Assembly (NCBI GenBank): GCA_030583825.1
Contig: CP129477.1
Coordinates: 622,491-686,490 of the forward strand
Length of the DNA: 64,000 nucleotides
From: Candidatus Dojkabacteria bacterium
GTDB taxonomy: Bacteria; Patescibacteriota; Dojkabacteria; GCA-002793355
Direction: 5' to 3'
Each line of letters starts with the position of its first letter. The first letter of the stretch is position 1. Position numbers and translations under genes: made by a program. The notes under the pieces are model-generated. The model made no database searches and was not told the origin of the DNA. It was given only the letters and a program-made list of their open reading frames with translations. Positions 27,901 to 36,686 of the stretch are shown piece by piece.

Positions 27901-28495
27901 TACAGACCATCCTCTTGCCCAAATTGGTGACTACTTTATGAACCAAGGCGCACTAAGCATTAAGCAGGCAAAAGAAGAGCTTCCAACTGAACAAATTCTT
28001 GTTGGTGCGCAAATTCAGCGAATGAAAAAGCTTAATACGAAAAATGGCGATCTTATGGCATTTGTAGACTTAGAAGATTCAACCGACACCGTCAGCGGTG
28101 TGCTGTTTCCAAAAGTGTATGAAGCATTTGCCAAATTACTGAATGAGTCTAATGCAACGGTTGGGATGCCATTTCTTTTTAAGGGCAAAATTGACCATAA
28201 ATTAGACAAATTCAGCTTCATAATCAATGACTTTGAGGTTATAGACTTTGAACGTGCAAAAAGTGGAAATAACGCAATTGAACATGTTGTACTCAAGCTA
28301 AAGAAAACACTTAAGAAAGAAGATCTTGATTCACTAAAAGTATTTCTGAAAGCTCATGAAGGTAAAACGAAACTCTCGTTTGATGTGCCAACTGGAAACA
28401 ATTACCGACGTGTTGCATATAGATCAGGACTGTTTTACACATTTGACTCGAAGAAGACGTTGTCGAAGTACGGTGAGGTTTTGGAAGGAAAGTAA
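24929..28495 (+). CDS. dnaE: DNA polymerase III alpha subunit
   Basis: PHP domain ([15 protein letters not shown]), polymerase core ([39 protein letters not shown]) and an OB-fold region; 1188 aa. Confidence 0.9.
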   Translation: [1188 protein letters not shown]

Positions 28496-28616
28496 CCTTT
28501 CATTGCGAGGGATTAACTATTTTGAGCAATAAGTGAGATTCTGCAATTACAGAGAGGGAAGCGAACGTTGTAAATTGGCAGTCATCGAAAGAAGAGTGAA
28601 AAATAGTGTGGACAGC

Positions 28617-28625
28617 TTATCCACA
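28617..28625 (+). promoter_or_regulatory. Consensus DnaA box TTATCCACA, with an adjacent imperfect inverted partner TGTGGACAG at 28607-28615, in the dnaE-dnaA spacer
   Basis: Perfect 9/9 match to the bacterial DnaA-box consensus 18 nt upstream of the dnaA start. Confidence 0.6.
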
Positions 28626-28642
28626 ATGTCTTACAATAGCTC

Positions 28643-30067
28643 ATGGCGGCGATTCAAACCATGTCAGATTCTGACTTACAAAGAATGTGGGAGCTTGCAA
28701 AAGTTTCTCTCGCGAAAAAGATTTCTCCAACTCATTTTAAAGCATGGATTGAACATAGTGCACGCCTTGCCGAAATTGACGAAATTAACAAAAAAGTTGT
28801 CATTGATGTAAAAAGCTCTGTCGCGCTTAATGCGATAGAGAAGTATGTAAAAGCATCACTTTCCGATATCTTTACTGACTTTTTGGGAGAGTCTCACGAG
28901 GCACTCTTTAGAGTGAAAGCAGCAAGTTTTCAGAATGCTCACTCTATGACAGCAGTTAAAAAAGTTCAGACTATGCCGGAAACTACGGGTTCACTTTTAG
29001 ATCCTGAAAATGCATATAACACACGTCTCAAGAAGGCAATTGATAATGCAGGTCTTAACGATAAGTACACATTTGAAACATTTGTTATTGGCGCAAATAA
29101 TCAGCTTGCACATGCCGCAGCAACAGCAGTGGCAGGAAGTTTGGGAACAGCGTACAACCCGCTGTTCATTTATGGAACGGTTGGTGTTGGTAAAACTCAC
29201 TTAATGCAGGCAGTTGCCCGACGAGCATTGGAAAAAGATCCAGACAGAAAAATCTTGTATGTCTCAAGCGAAACATTTTTAAATGCGATGGTTGACTCTA
29301 TTCGATCAAAGAAAACAGCAGAATTCCGTAACCAATATCGTAAGCTTGACTTGCTCATGATTGATGACATTCAGTTTATTTCGGACTGGGAAGCTGCCCA
29401 AAATGAACTTTTTCACACATTTAACGTGCTGTACGAAGCGGGAAAACAGATAATTCTTGCATCAGATAAACCTCCATCAGAAATTCGAAATCTGGCAGAT
29501 AGACTTCGTTCACGTTTTGAGGGAGGAATGGTCGCAGATGTAACAGCTCCTGACTACGAAACTCGTGTTGCAATTCTCACAAAGCATAATGAAGAGCAGC
29601 TTGATACTCGCCTTCCACAGGAAGCATTGGAAGTTATTGCGTCGTATGTTGAAAGCAATATTCGTCAGCTATTTGGGGCATATAATAAAGTTCACACATA
29701 TGCAAAAGTTACTAAAGCGCCAGTTGATCGTCTTATTGTTGAGAAGATTCTGGGCCATGAGCGGGAGCTTGCACGCAAAAAAGTAAAGGTTGAAGACATT
29801 CTCGACAAAGTGGGTGAAGAATTTGGAATCACAATCGGTCAATTAAAGTCTTCGACAAGGGCCGCATCTGTGGTACTTCCAAGACAAGTATGTATGTACC
29901 TTATTCGTGATATACTTCATTATCCACTTGAACGGGTTGCACGAAGCCTCAAGCGATCCGACCATACGACGGTACTTCATGCCGTAGATAAGGTCATCAA
30001 ATTGATGGAAAATGACCATCATTTGCGGGCGCAAGTCGTTGCAATCAAGCAGCAATTGCTTAAGTAA
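28643..30067 (+). CDS. dnaA: Chromosomal replication initiator DnaA
   Basis: AAA+ Walker A GTVGVGKTHLMQAVA, Walker B LLMIDDIQF, sensor/arginine-finger region, and the C-terminal DNA-binding helix-turn-helix (VCMYLIRDILHYPLERVARSLKRSDHTTVLHAVDKV). Confidence 0.9.
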   Translation: MAAIQTMSDSDLQRMWELAKVSLAKKISPTHFKAWIEHSARLAEIDEINKKVVIDVKSSVALNAIEKYVKASLSDIFTDFLGESHEALFRVKAASFQNAHSMTAVKKVQTMPETTGSLLDPENAYNTRLKKAIDNAGLNDKYTFETFVIGANNQLAHAAATAVAGSLGTAYNPLFIYGTVGVGKTHLMQAVARRALEKDPDRKILYVSSETFLNAMVDSIRSKKTAEFRNQYRKLDLLMIDDIQFISDWEAAQNELFHTFNVLYEAGKQIILASDKPPSEIRNLADRLRSRFEGGMVADVTAPDYETRVAILTKHNEEQLDTRLPQEALEVIASYVESNIRQLFGAYNKVHTYAKVTKAPVDRLIVEKILGHERELARKKVKVEDILDKVGEEFGITIGQLKSSTRAASVVLPRQVCMYLIRDILHYPLERVARSLKRSDHTTVLHAVDKVIKLMENDHHLRAQVVAIKQQLLK

Positions 30068-30115
30068 AGAGTTTCCAGTTCAAGGTTTCCGTTTCAGAGT
30101 GCATGTTTTGATAAG

Positions 30116-32044
30116 TTGACTCAAATGTGGGTGAGAAATACATTTTTTACACGATTTCTGTCAATATCTATTTTTTTTGTAGCACTCTTTGTATCTATCC
30201 CTTCGACCTTAGCCGCTGACTTTACAAAAACTGTAACTAAAGATATTGCAATTAATTCGGCAGAGCAGGTATCTGTGTCTGAGGTACATTCAATCACCTG
30301 GAATGGGACAGCAACGTATTTTCCTGCCAGTAAAAATACAAATATTTTTACAATCTATCCACCTCTTGTTTCGCCTGGCCTGGATATCGAAAAGATGGTA
30401 ACCAATATTCGTGTTGTTGATGAATTTGGCAAACCACTGACAATCCAAACAAAGAAAAATGGAGATGCTTTGGAAATTTCTGTTCCGTATTATGAGGATC
30501 TTACAGCAGGGAATAAAGTAAGTTTTACACTACGCTACGATACAACACTGTTAACAAAAAAAGACGGTGGGATCATTGAAATAATGCATAATGCGATAAG
30601 CAAAGATTTTCAGGAACGACGAAAAAGTGCCTCAGGAACATACGATGAGGTCTTCAAAATGGAATATAACTTTCTTATTAATAAATCACTCGGGACACCG
30701 GACATGGTTTTGCCTACTTCTGGAAGAGTGCGGGACTCAAGTACAACAACAACGGTCACATTCACAGCAAATGATCTTATTCAGCAACCAGTCAGAATTA
30801 CGGTCGGTTCAAAACGCTATGTGAAATTTACACTTCAGACGACGATAGATAAAACAAATGGAGATGTTCATCCACTATTTAAATCTCTGGTAAACAACCA
30901 AATTGAATTAGCTTTACCTACTGACTTTCCTGGAGTAGGGCAGAAGGTCTATTTTAGTAATATTTCTCCACGCCCAACTAAGTTGGAGACAGATGAAAAT
31001 GGCAATTTAATTGCGCAAATTCCGGTAAATGCAGCAGATGGGGGAGAAATAATTATTGAAGGGTATGCTGAAATATCGCGTGTTTCTTTTTCAAAAGAAG
31101 ATGCCCGCAAGTGGAAGTTTAGCGATATTCCCGATGATATGAAACAATACACTGCTGGTGCACTGCCTGAATGGCCGGTAGATGACCCTGAAATTGGAAC
31201 AATTGTGCAAAAGCTCAAAGATTCTAATGGATCAGTTCTTACAACAGTAGAAAATGCGCTGAATTTTGTGACTGACACTCTTGAGTATAAAGATTTTTCA
31301 TCGGCATCTGAATTACGGCGGCTCGGCGCAAAAGGCGCTCTCGCCGCAAAACAGGGAGTCTGTATGGAGTACTCTGACTTACTGCTGACCCTCCTTCGCC
31401 GACTGGGAATTCCTTCCCGCAATGTGTATGGTGACGGTGTTGGCTCGTTTGTTGACCAGTCAATTTCGGGAATCGGCCATCAGTGGATAGAAGTCTGGTT
31501 TCCAGAGCAGGGATGGGTATCTATTGACCCAACATGGAGTGAAAACTCTTACAAAATTATTGGCCCGGATTTAGATCATTTTTCGTGGTACAAGACTTCT
31601 GAATCACCGAATAAGCCATCAGGCTTTAGCTGTGTGACATGGGATAATGGCTCACCATGTAATCAGGCAGTCACAATTGAAACAGTCTCTGTTGACGAAT
31701 TGCCGGAGCGCGAAACGGTTGAATCTGTGCATGACTTAAAAGCCGCAATTGATGCTAATGCTCGAGAAGAGATTTTTCCGGGAGCCGGAAAAATCGCGGA
31801 AACTTTAGGTAATTCATATTTAGGGCGATTGCTGCTCAACAATCTTTCGCTCAATATAATGCTCGCAATCGCCATATATATCGTCCTTTATCTACTTGTG
31901 AGAAACATTGCCAAAATCATGAAGAGAAATCGAGAAAAACGCTCATCTATGCCATTGTCAGTGAATAATTCTTCTCAGGCGCAACCTGTACAACCGGAGC
32001 AGAATCCTCCTTTGCCGCCATTGCCTCCTACTTTTCCTGCTTAG
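30116..32044 (+). CDS. Transglutaminase-like cysteine protease superfamily protein, membrane-anchored
   Basis: N-terminal signal/TM, then a transglutaminase core (GVCMEYSDLLLTLLRRLGIPSR...GHQWIEVWFPEQGWVSIDPTW, Cys-His-Asp spacing), a C-terminal TM and a proline-rich tail (PPLPPLPPTFPA). Confidence 0.65.
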   Translation: MTQMWVRNTFFTRFLSISIFFVALFVSIPSTLAADFTKTVTKDIAINSAEQVSVSEVHSITWNGTATYFPASKNTNIFTIYPPLVSPGLDIEKMVTNIRVVDEFGKPLTIQTKKNGDALEISVPYYEDLTAGNKVSFTLRYDTTLLTKKDGGIIEIMHNAISKDFQERRKSASGTYDEVFKMEYNFLINKSLGTPDMVLPTSGRVRDSSTTTTVTFTANDLIQQPVRITVGSKRYVKFTLQTTIDKTNGDVHPLFKSLVNNQIELALPTDFPGVGQKVYFSNISPRPTKLETDENGNLIAQIPVNAADGGEIIIEGYAEISRVSFSKEDARKWKFSDIPDDMKQYTAGALPEWPVDDPEIGTIVQKLKDSNGSVLTTVENALNFVTDTLEYKDFSSASELRRLGAKGALAAKQGVCMEYSDLLLTLLRRLGIPSRNVYGDGVGSFVDQSISGIGHQWIEVWFPEQGWVSIDPTWSENSYKIIGPDLDHFSWYKTSESPNKPSGFSCVTWDNGSPCNQAVTIETVSVDELPERETVESVHDLKAAIDANAREEIFPGAGKIAETLGNSYLGRLLLNNLSLNIMLAIAIYIVLYLLVRNIAKIMKRNREKRSSMPLSVNNSSQAQPVQPEQNPPLPPLPPTFPA

Positions 32045-33545
32045 AAAGGAATTCTTCGGCTGCTTCTAAAAGCTTTTCTTTGTTATTGAGGTTTGGATTG
32101 TCCAATACCACTTCCAATAGGTAGTTAAGTGTAGTACCAACGATTTTTCCAGGTTTTAAGTCAAACTTTTTCATGAGTTGGTTACCATTTATCGCAAGAT
32201 CGCTCACTTTAAATGCGGTATCCTCGGCCAAAACTTGTGAAATACGCTGCTGAAGCTCTACAATTTCCTGTGGATCCCACATGCTTACCGGTTCGCTTGT
32301 ACCGTCAGCAATTCTCAATGCAAAAAGGTCATCTAGATTTTCCAATCCTACACGTTTAATGAATCGTCGGACGGCGGAATCACTCCATCCTTTGAATTCT
32401 TTTGACGATCCCTCGCTTTGGTTTTCTGTACTTATACGTATGTCTTTTTTATCGCTGTTATCGGTAGTATCTTCAACTTTTTCAAAAGGATACATAAACA
32501 TATGCCATCGAACCAACTCTGAGACTTTTTTAATTTCTTTTGAGGAAAATCTCATCCTGCGCATGACTTTCTTAGTAATTTCGGCTCCAATTTGGTCGTG
32601 GCCATAAAAATGTCCATCCGGTGTACCTGTATCTGCTTTTCCAATGTCATGAAATAGTGCGGCCAGCCTGATATTGTCAGAGGCAAGATCAACTGTACGA
32701 AGGGTATGGTCATAAACATCAAATGCGTGGCCAATCGGCTGATCAACACCAATACATTTAATTAGTTCCGGCAAAAATATTTCCAAAAGCCCGGTTTGAC
32801 GCATCAAATCAATACCTACAGAGGGTTTTGGTGCTTTCAGTAAAAGCTTCATAAATTCATCGCGAATTCGCTCGGAAGAGATCATTCGCGCAACGGTTAA
32901 GCATTCCGTGATTGCAGAAAATGTTTCTTTTTCAATCTCAAACCCTAACTGTGCGGCAAGTCTACAGGCTTTGTAGGTACGCAATCCATCTTCTGTAAAG
33001 CGTTCTACGGGATTTCCTACTGTGCGAAGGACTTTTCTTTCAATATCGTCGCGGCCACCGAATGGGTCTACAATATCAAATTCATATTCTTTTAGATTTG
33101 AAAGCTCTACTTCATCGGATGCGATTGGTGCAATTAAATACTCAACGCCTTTTTGGCCCATATCTACCGCCATCGCGTTGATTGTAAAGTCGCGGCGCTT
33201 TAAATCTTCGTTGATATTGCGGACAAATGTCACTTTTGTAGGCCAACGTCCTTTTATATATTCTTCTTCGCTTCGGAGGGTAGTCACTTCTGTGCTGAAG
33301 TTTTCGCCGTTAATATCTCGCTGGACAACTAGAATTGTGCCGAATTTTGCTCCGACGGCAATTGCTTTTGGAAAAATCTTGATTAAGTCCTCTGGAAGGG
33401 CATCTGTTGCAATATCATAATCTGCTGGAACGGCTCCTAAAAAGGCATCTCGTACAGCTCCACCCACAAGGTAGGCTTTGAAACCTTCTTTTAAGAGAAT
33501 TCGCGCAGTGGTAACAACGTATGTTGGAAGTTTTACGACCATCAA
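32028..33545 (-). CDS. cca: CCA-adding tRNA nucleotidyltransferase with HD domain
   Basis: Pol-beta nucleotidyltransferase head (YLVGGAVRDAFLG...DYDIATD), an HD motif (LFHDIGK) and a C-terminal tRNA-binding region; 505 aa. This fits the tRNA-Lys above, which does not encode CCA. Confidence 0.8.
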   Translation of the reverse strand: MMVVKLPTYVVTTARILLKEGFKAYLVGGAVRDAFLGAVPADYDIATDALPEDLIKIFPKAIAVGAKFGTILVVQRDINGENFSTEVTTLRSEEEYIKGRWPTKVTFVRNINEDLKRRDFTINAMAVDMGQKGVEYLIAPIASDEVELSNLKEYEFDIVDPFGGRDDIERKVLRTVGNPVERFTEDGLRTYKACRLAAQLGFEIEKETFSAITECLTVARMISSERIRDEFMKLLLKAPKPSVGIDLMRQTGLLEIFLPELIKCIGVDQPIGHAFDVYDHTLRTVDLASDNIRLAALFHDIGKADTGTPDGHFYGHDQIGAEITKKVMRRMRFSSKEIKKVSELVRWHMFMYPFEKVEDTTDNSDKKDIRISTENQSEGSSKEFKGWSDSAVRRFIKRVGLENLDDLFALRIADGTSEPVSMWDPQEIVELQQRISQVLAEDTAFKVSDLAINGNQLMKKFDLKPGKIVGTTLNYLLEVVLDNPNLNNKEKLLEAAEEFLSKQEK

Positions 33546-33648
33546 GCATTATACCCTGAAGTTGGAAAATAATGAACAAAACAGATAAAGAGTGAAATTC
33601 TCTCAGAAAGCTTGCGCAGTTCCCACTTCGATGATACAATCGTCACGT

Positions 33649-33909
33649 ATGCCAAATCTACGTAATGCAAAAAAGGCTGTGAGACAGTCAGAAGCGCGCT
33701 ATGCAGCAAACAGAACCGCTAAAGACAGAATCCACCGCTGGGAATTAAAAACAAAAGCTCTCATTGTTGAGAAAAATAAAGAAGAAGCAACCAAAGCAGT
33801 TTCATTTTTGACGAAGCTTCTCGACAAAGCGGCACGACGAAATGTTGTATCCGGCAACCGAGCAGAGAGAGTAAAGTCTCGTATGCAAAAATTGTTGAAT
33901 ACGCTATAA
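33649..33909 (+). CDS. rpsT: 30S ribosomal protein S20
   Basis: MPNLRNAKKAVRQSEARYAANRTAKDRIHR...VKSRMQKLL matches S20 throughout; the longer ORF-track N-terminal extension is unlikely to be translated. Confidence 0.85.
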   Translation: MPNLRNAKKAVRQSEARYAANRTAKDRIHRWELKTKALIVEKNKEEATKAVSFLTKLLDKAARRNVVSGNRAERVKSRMQKLLNTL

Positions 33910-33916
33910 TTATTCA

Positions 33917-35725
33917 ATGAGACAGACTAAAAGAGCATTCGATAGGATATTTTCGTTTATTGTCTTTATTCTTATCGGAGTTTCAGCAATTGCAGTATTC
34001 CGTAATCAGATTGGCACTGGTATTCAGTCTCTTTTTCCACAAAAACAAACGGCTCAGTCATTCGCACAAGAGCACACTCAAGTAGAAGAAAAGGTCGAGG
34101 TTATGGCACAAGCTCAACAACGCCCTTTAGTGACGGGATCAGTCTTACAGGCAACGAGTTCAAGTGGTTTTGTTAATGACTATCTTGTCAATCCAGCAGT
34201 AACAGTTAAATACGAAGATATTGGGTACCAAGTAGAAGTTCCGGAATTATCCTCAGGCGATGTAAAAATTGGTGAAGAATCCGAAGGTGGAGGAACATCG
34301 TTTTGTAGCCTTGGAGATAACGGACGAAGTGGCATAGGTATTGGAATGCAATTACGTGAAGCTCCTATTATTCCTGGTTTTTATTATAAAGGTGTCACAG
34401 AAGGTCTTCCAAAGCGTGAGGCTCCTGGAGTAACACTGGATAAATATATGGTTGCATCGGAAAGTGCTCAAAAATTAACACCAGAGCAAATGCTTCAGTT
34501 TTGCGAAGACGGCAATGACCAATTTAGGACATTAGCAACTTTTGGGTTGGAGGCGTCACTTGAAAGACAGGCTCCTTGGTTTTGGAAAGTCTGTGCAACT
34601 CAAGCGCGAACTAGACCTCCAGGAACAGATCCTCAGAAGTTTTCTGAAACATGGAGAGAAACTGATCAAGGCAAGCAGATAGTTGCGTATAGAATTGGTG
34701 GGTGGAGCTCCCGTTTGGGATTATCAGCTCCTTCTGGGAATGGTATTGTCGCTGCTTCTAATGCATGGGCATTTGATCCTCCAGGTAAAAAAGCTGTTGC
34801 AGCGGATGCAACCGCCACTGCGATGTTTAACCACTTATATCCTCCAACTTCCGATGTTGAAACTGAAGAATCGTTAAAAGAAAAAATCCTTGCGCGAAAT
34901 GACGAACTTATTGTCAACTTTACAGATATTCCCGTTCTTAAAGCTATTCTTGCAGGAAACGGATTTGTACTAAACGATAAAGATACAAAGAATGTTCGTC
35001 TTTCGTATCGCCCGGATAGACAAGAAAATAACCTTTGCGATATTGACGAGGGAGAATGTCCTTTAATAGAAGCCAAAGCAGAGTGTACGGGTCTTCTTGG
35101 AGCATACTTGAAAGTAACGGCAATGCCAGGTCTTGTAGGATTCTTTCCTCAGCCTGACTGGGCAAATAACGCGTCGGCAGATAAGTCCATGCAAAGAGCG
35201 ATGCTTGCAGCATTTGCGTCGGTGAAAGCTCCAAATGCAGTCGAGAAGAAAGCATCAAAAGTAGACATTCTTCGTGCTTCTAAATCTCCTAATATTGATT
35301 CTTCCTGTAACTCAATTATGACTTCTGCACCAACACAATTAACTCCATCAGAAGTGAAATTCTTAGAAAAACAGTTTACTCCAGGGTTGAAAGGAGAAGA
35401 CCCTCCAGCAAAACGTGAGTCTCCAGCTGTTATCTTTTATAACCTAAGAGCAAAGTTCAAAGGAGATGTTCCTACGGGCACTATATTCGGAAATAAAGGC
35501 ATAGAATTTGATGGAGACGTTACGGTATTTACTGCAATTCCACTTATTAACCTTGATTCATACGCATATTACAGTGCACCAACAGATCCTTTGCAGGATG
35601 AAGCAGAGATTTTTAAAGAAAGAGTCATTAAAGAAAGCGGTATGGAAGAGTTGCAATATAGAGTGAAATGTTCAGGCACTCCAACTAGCCCGGAAGTCAA
35701 AATAGAGTTTAGAAACGTTCGTTAA
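33917..35725 (+). CDS. Membrane-anchored hypothetical protein with a large extracytoplasmic domain
   Basis: 602-aa ORF with an N-terminal TM (IFSFIVFILIGVSAIAVF); no recognisable domains. Confidence 0.55.
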   Translation: MRQTKRAFDRIFSFIVFILIGVSAIAVFRNQIGTGIQSLFPQKQTAQSFAQEHTQVEEKVEVMAQAQQRPLVTGSVLQATSSSGFVNDYLVNPAVTVKYEDIGYQVEVPELSSGDVKIGEESEGGGTSFCSLGDNGRSGIGIGMQLREAPIIPGFYYKGVTEGLPKREAPGVTLDKYMVASESAQKLTPEQMLQFCEDGNDQFRTLATFGLEASLERQAPWFWKVCATQARTRPPGTDPQKFSETWRETDQGKQIVAYRIGGWSSRLGLSAPSGNGIVAASNAWAFDPPGKKAVAADATATAMFNHLYPPTSDVETEESLKEKILARNDELIVNFTDIPVLKAILAGNGFVLNDKDTKNVRLSYRPDRQENNLCDIDEGECPLIEAKAECTGLLGAYLKVTAMPGLVGFFPQPDWANNASADKSMQRAMLAAFASVKAPNAVEKKASKVDILRASKSPNIDSSCNSIMTSAPTQLTPSEVKFLEKQFTPGLKGEDPPAKRESPAVIFYNLRAKFKGDVPTGTIFGNKGIEFDGDVTVFTAIPLINLDSYAYYSAPTDPLQDEAEIFKERVIKESGMEELQYRVKCSGTPTSPEVKIEFRNVR

Positions 35726-35786
35726 TCTCCACAAATCTTTGAATTTTGCTATACTACGTTCATATAATTTAATTTCTGTTCTTCGT

Positions 35787-36463
35787 ATGGATATCGGGAA
35801 AGCGTTGACTTACTATACGAAAGATGAAAAATTCGTCAATGTTCTCGCGATTTTTTCACTTTTGCTCATCTCGTGTATTTTCTTACTTCCAATTTTCTTT
35901 GTTGGCCCATTGGTTGTTGGATATACCGTCGAGTTAGTAAGAAGGATTCAAAATGGTGATTATTCACTTCCTGAAATCCAGTATGGCGATCAAGGAAAAG
36001 AGGATTGCTTCTCGTAATTGTTCAATTCGCTCTTGGAATGGTGTTTGGAATTGTACAGTTCATTATTCTTATCCCTCTTGCCATTATTTTCGGTGTAGGT
36101 CGTGAAGTAATGGATGATTCTGCAACTGCATCCGCAGGCGGCAGTATTGTTTATACACTTTCGTCAAACGTAGTCTCTTATGGTTTTAGCTTCTTAAGCG
36201 CAATCATCGGATTCACAATGACAGCAATCTATGCAAAAACAGACAGTGTTAATTCTCTTTTGAAGATTGATAACTATAAGAGAATGTGGGCAAATAATGG
36301 AGCGAATGTTATTATCCTTCCGATTATTTCCAGCATTGTTGGCGGATTTGTCGCTATTCTTGGATTCTTTGCATTGTGTATTGGTATCATTCCGGCATCA
36401 GTTATTTCTATGCTCATTGGAGCAGGATTTAACGGACAGTTGGATGTAAAGGAAGTCGAATAA
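35787..36463 (+). pseudogene. DUF4013-like polytopic membrane protein split by a frameshift in an A-run near 35995-36000
   Basis: The N-terminal part (MDIGKALTYY...VVGYTVELVRRIQNGDYSLPEIQYGDQGK) and the ORF beginning LLLVIVQFALGMVFGIVQF... overlap in different frames. Adding one A to the run GGAAAAG joins them into a single ~225-aa reading frame. Confidence 0.5.
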
Positions 36464-36616
36464 TCTCAACAAGAGAAGTACTCGGTTGTTTGACGCTCTC
36501 AAGTTCGCTACAACCTGCGTGCTCTTGTTTCAATTATTCTCCTTCAAAGCTGCGCTTGGGGTACAAAATACTCCAGCGCAGTTTTTTTACATCTTCGTAC
36601 TTATTCTTGCCTCCTC

Positions 36617-36656
36617 GTCCTAATTAACAGCGCTCGCGCTTAAAAACGCGAGCGCT
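36617..36656. terminator. Bidirectional intrinsic terminator between convergent genes
   Basis: Perfect 12-bp stem ACAGCGCTCGCG-CTTAAAAA-CGCGAGCGCTGT, flanked by A-rich sequence on one side and T9 on the other. Confidence 0.8.
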
Positions 36657-36686
36657 GTTTTTTTTAATGAAAACTTCCTTTTTTTG

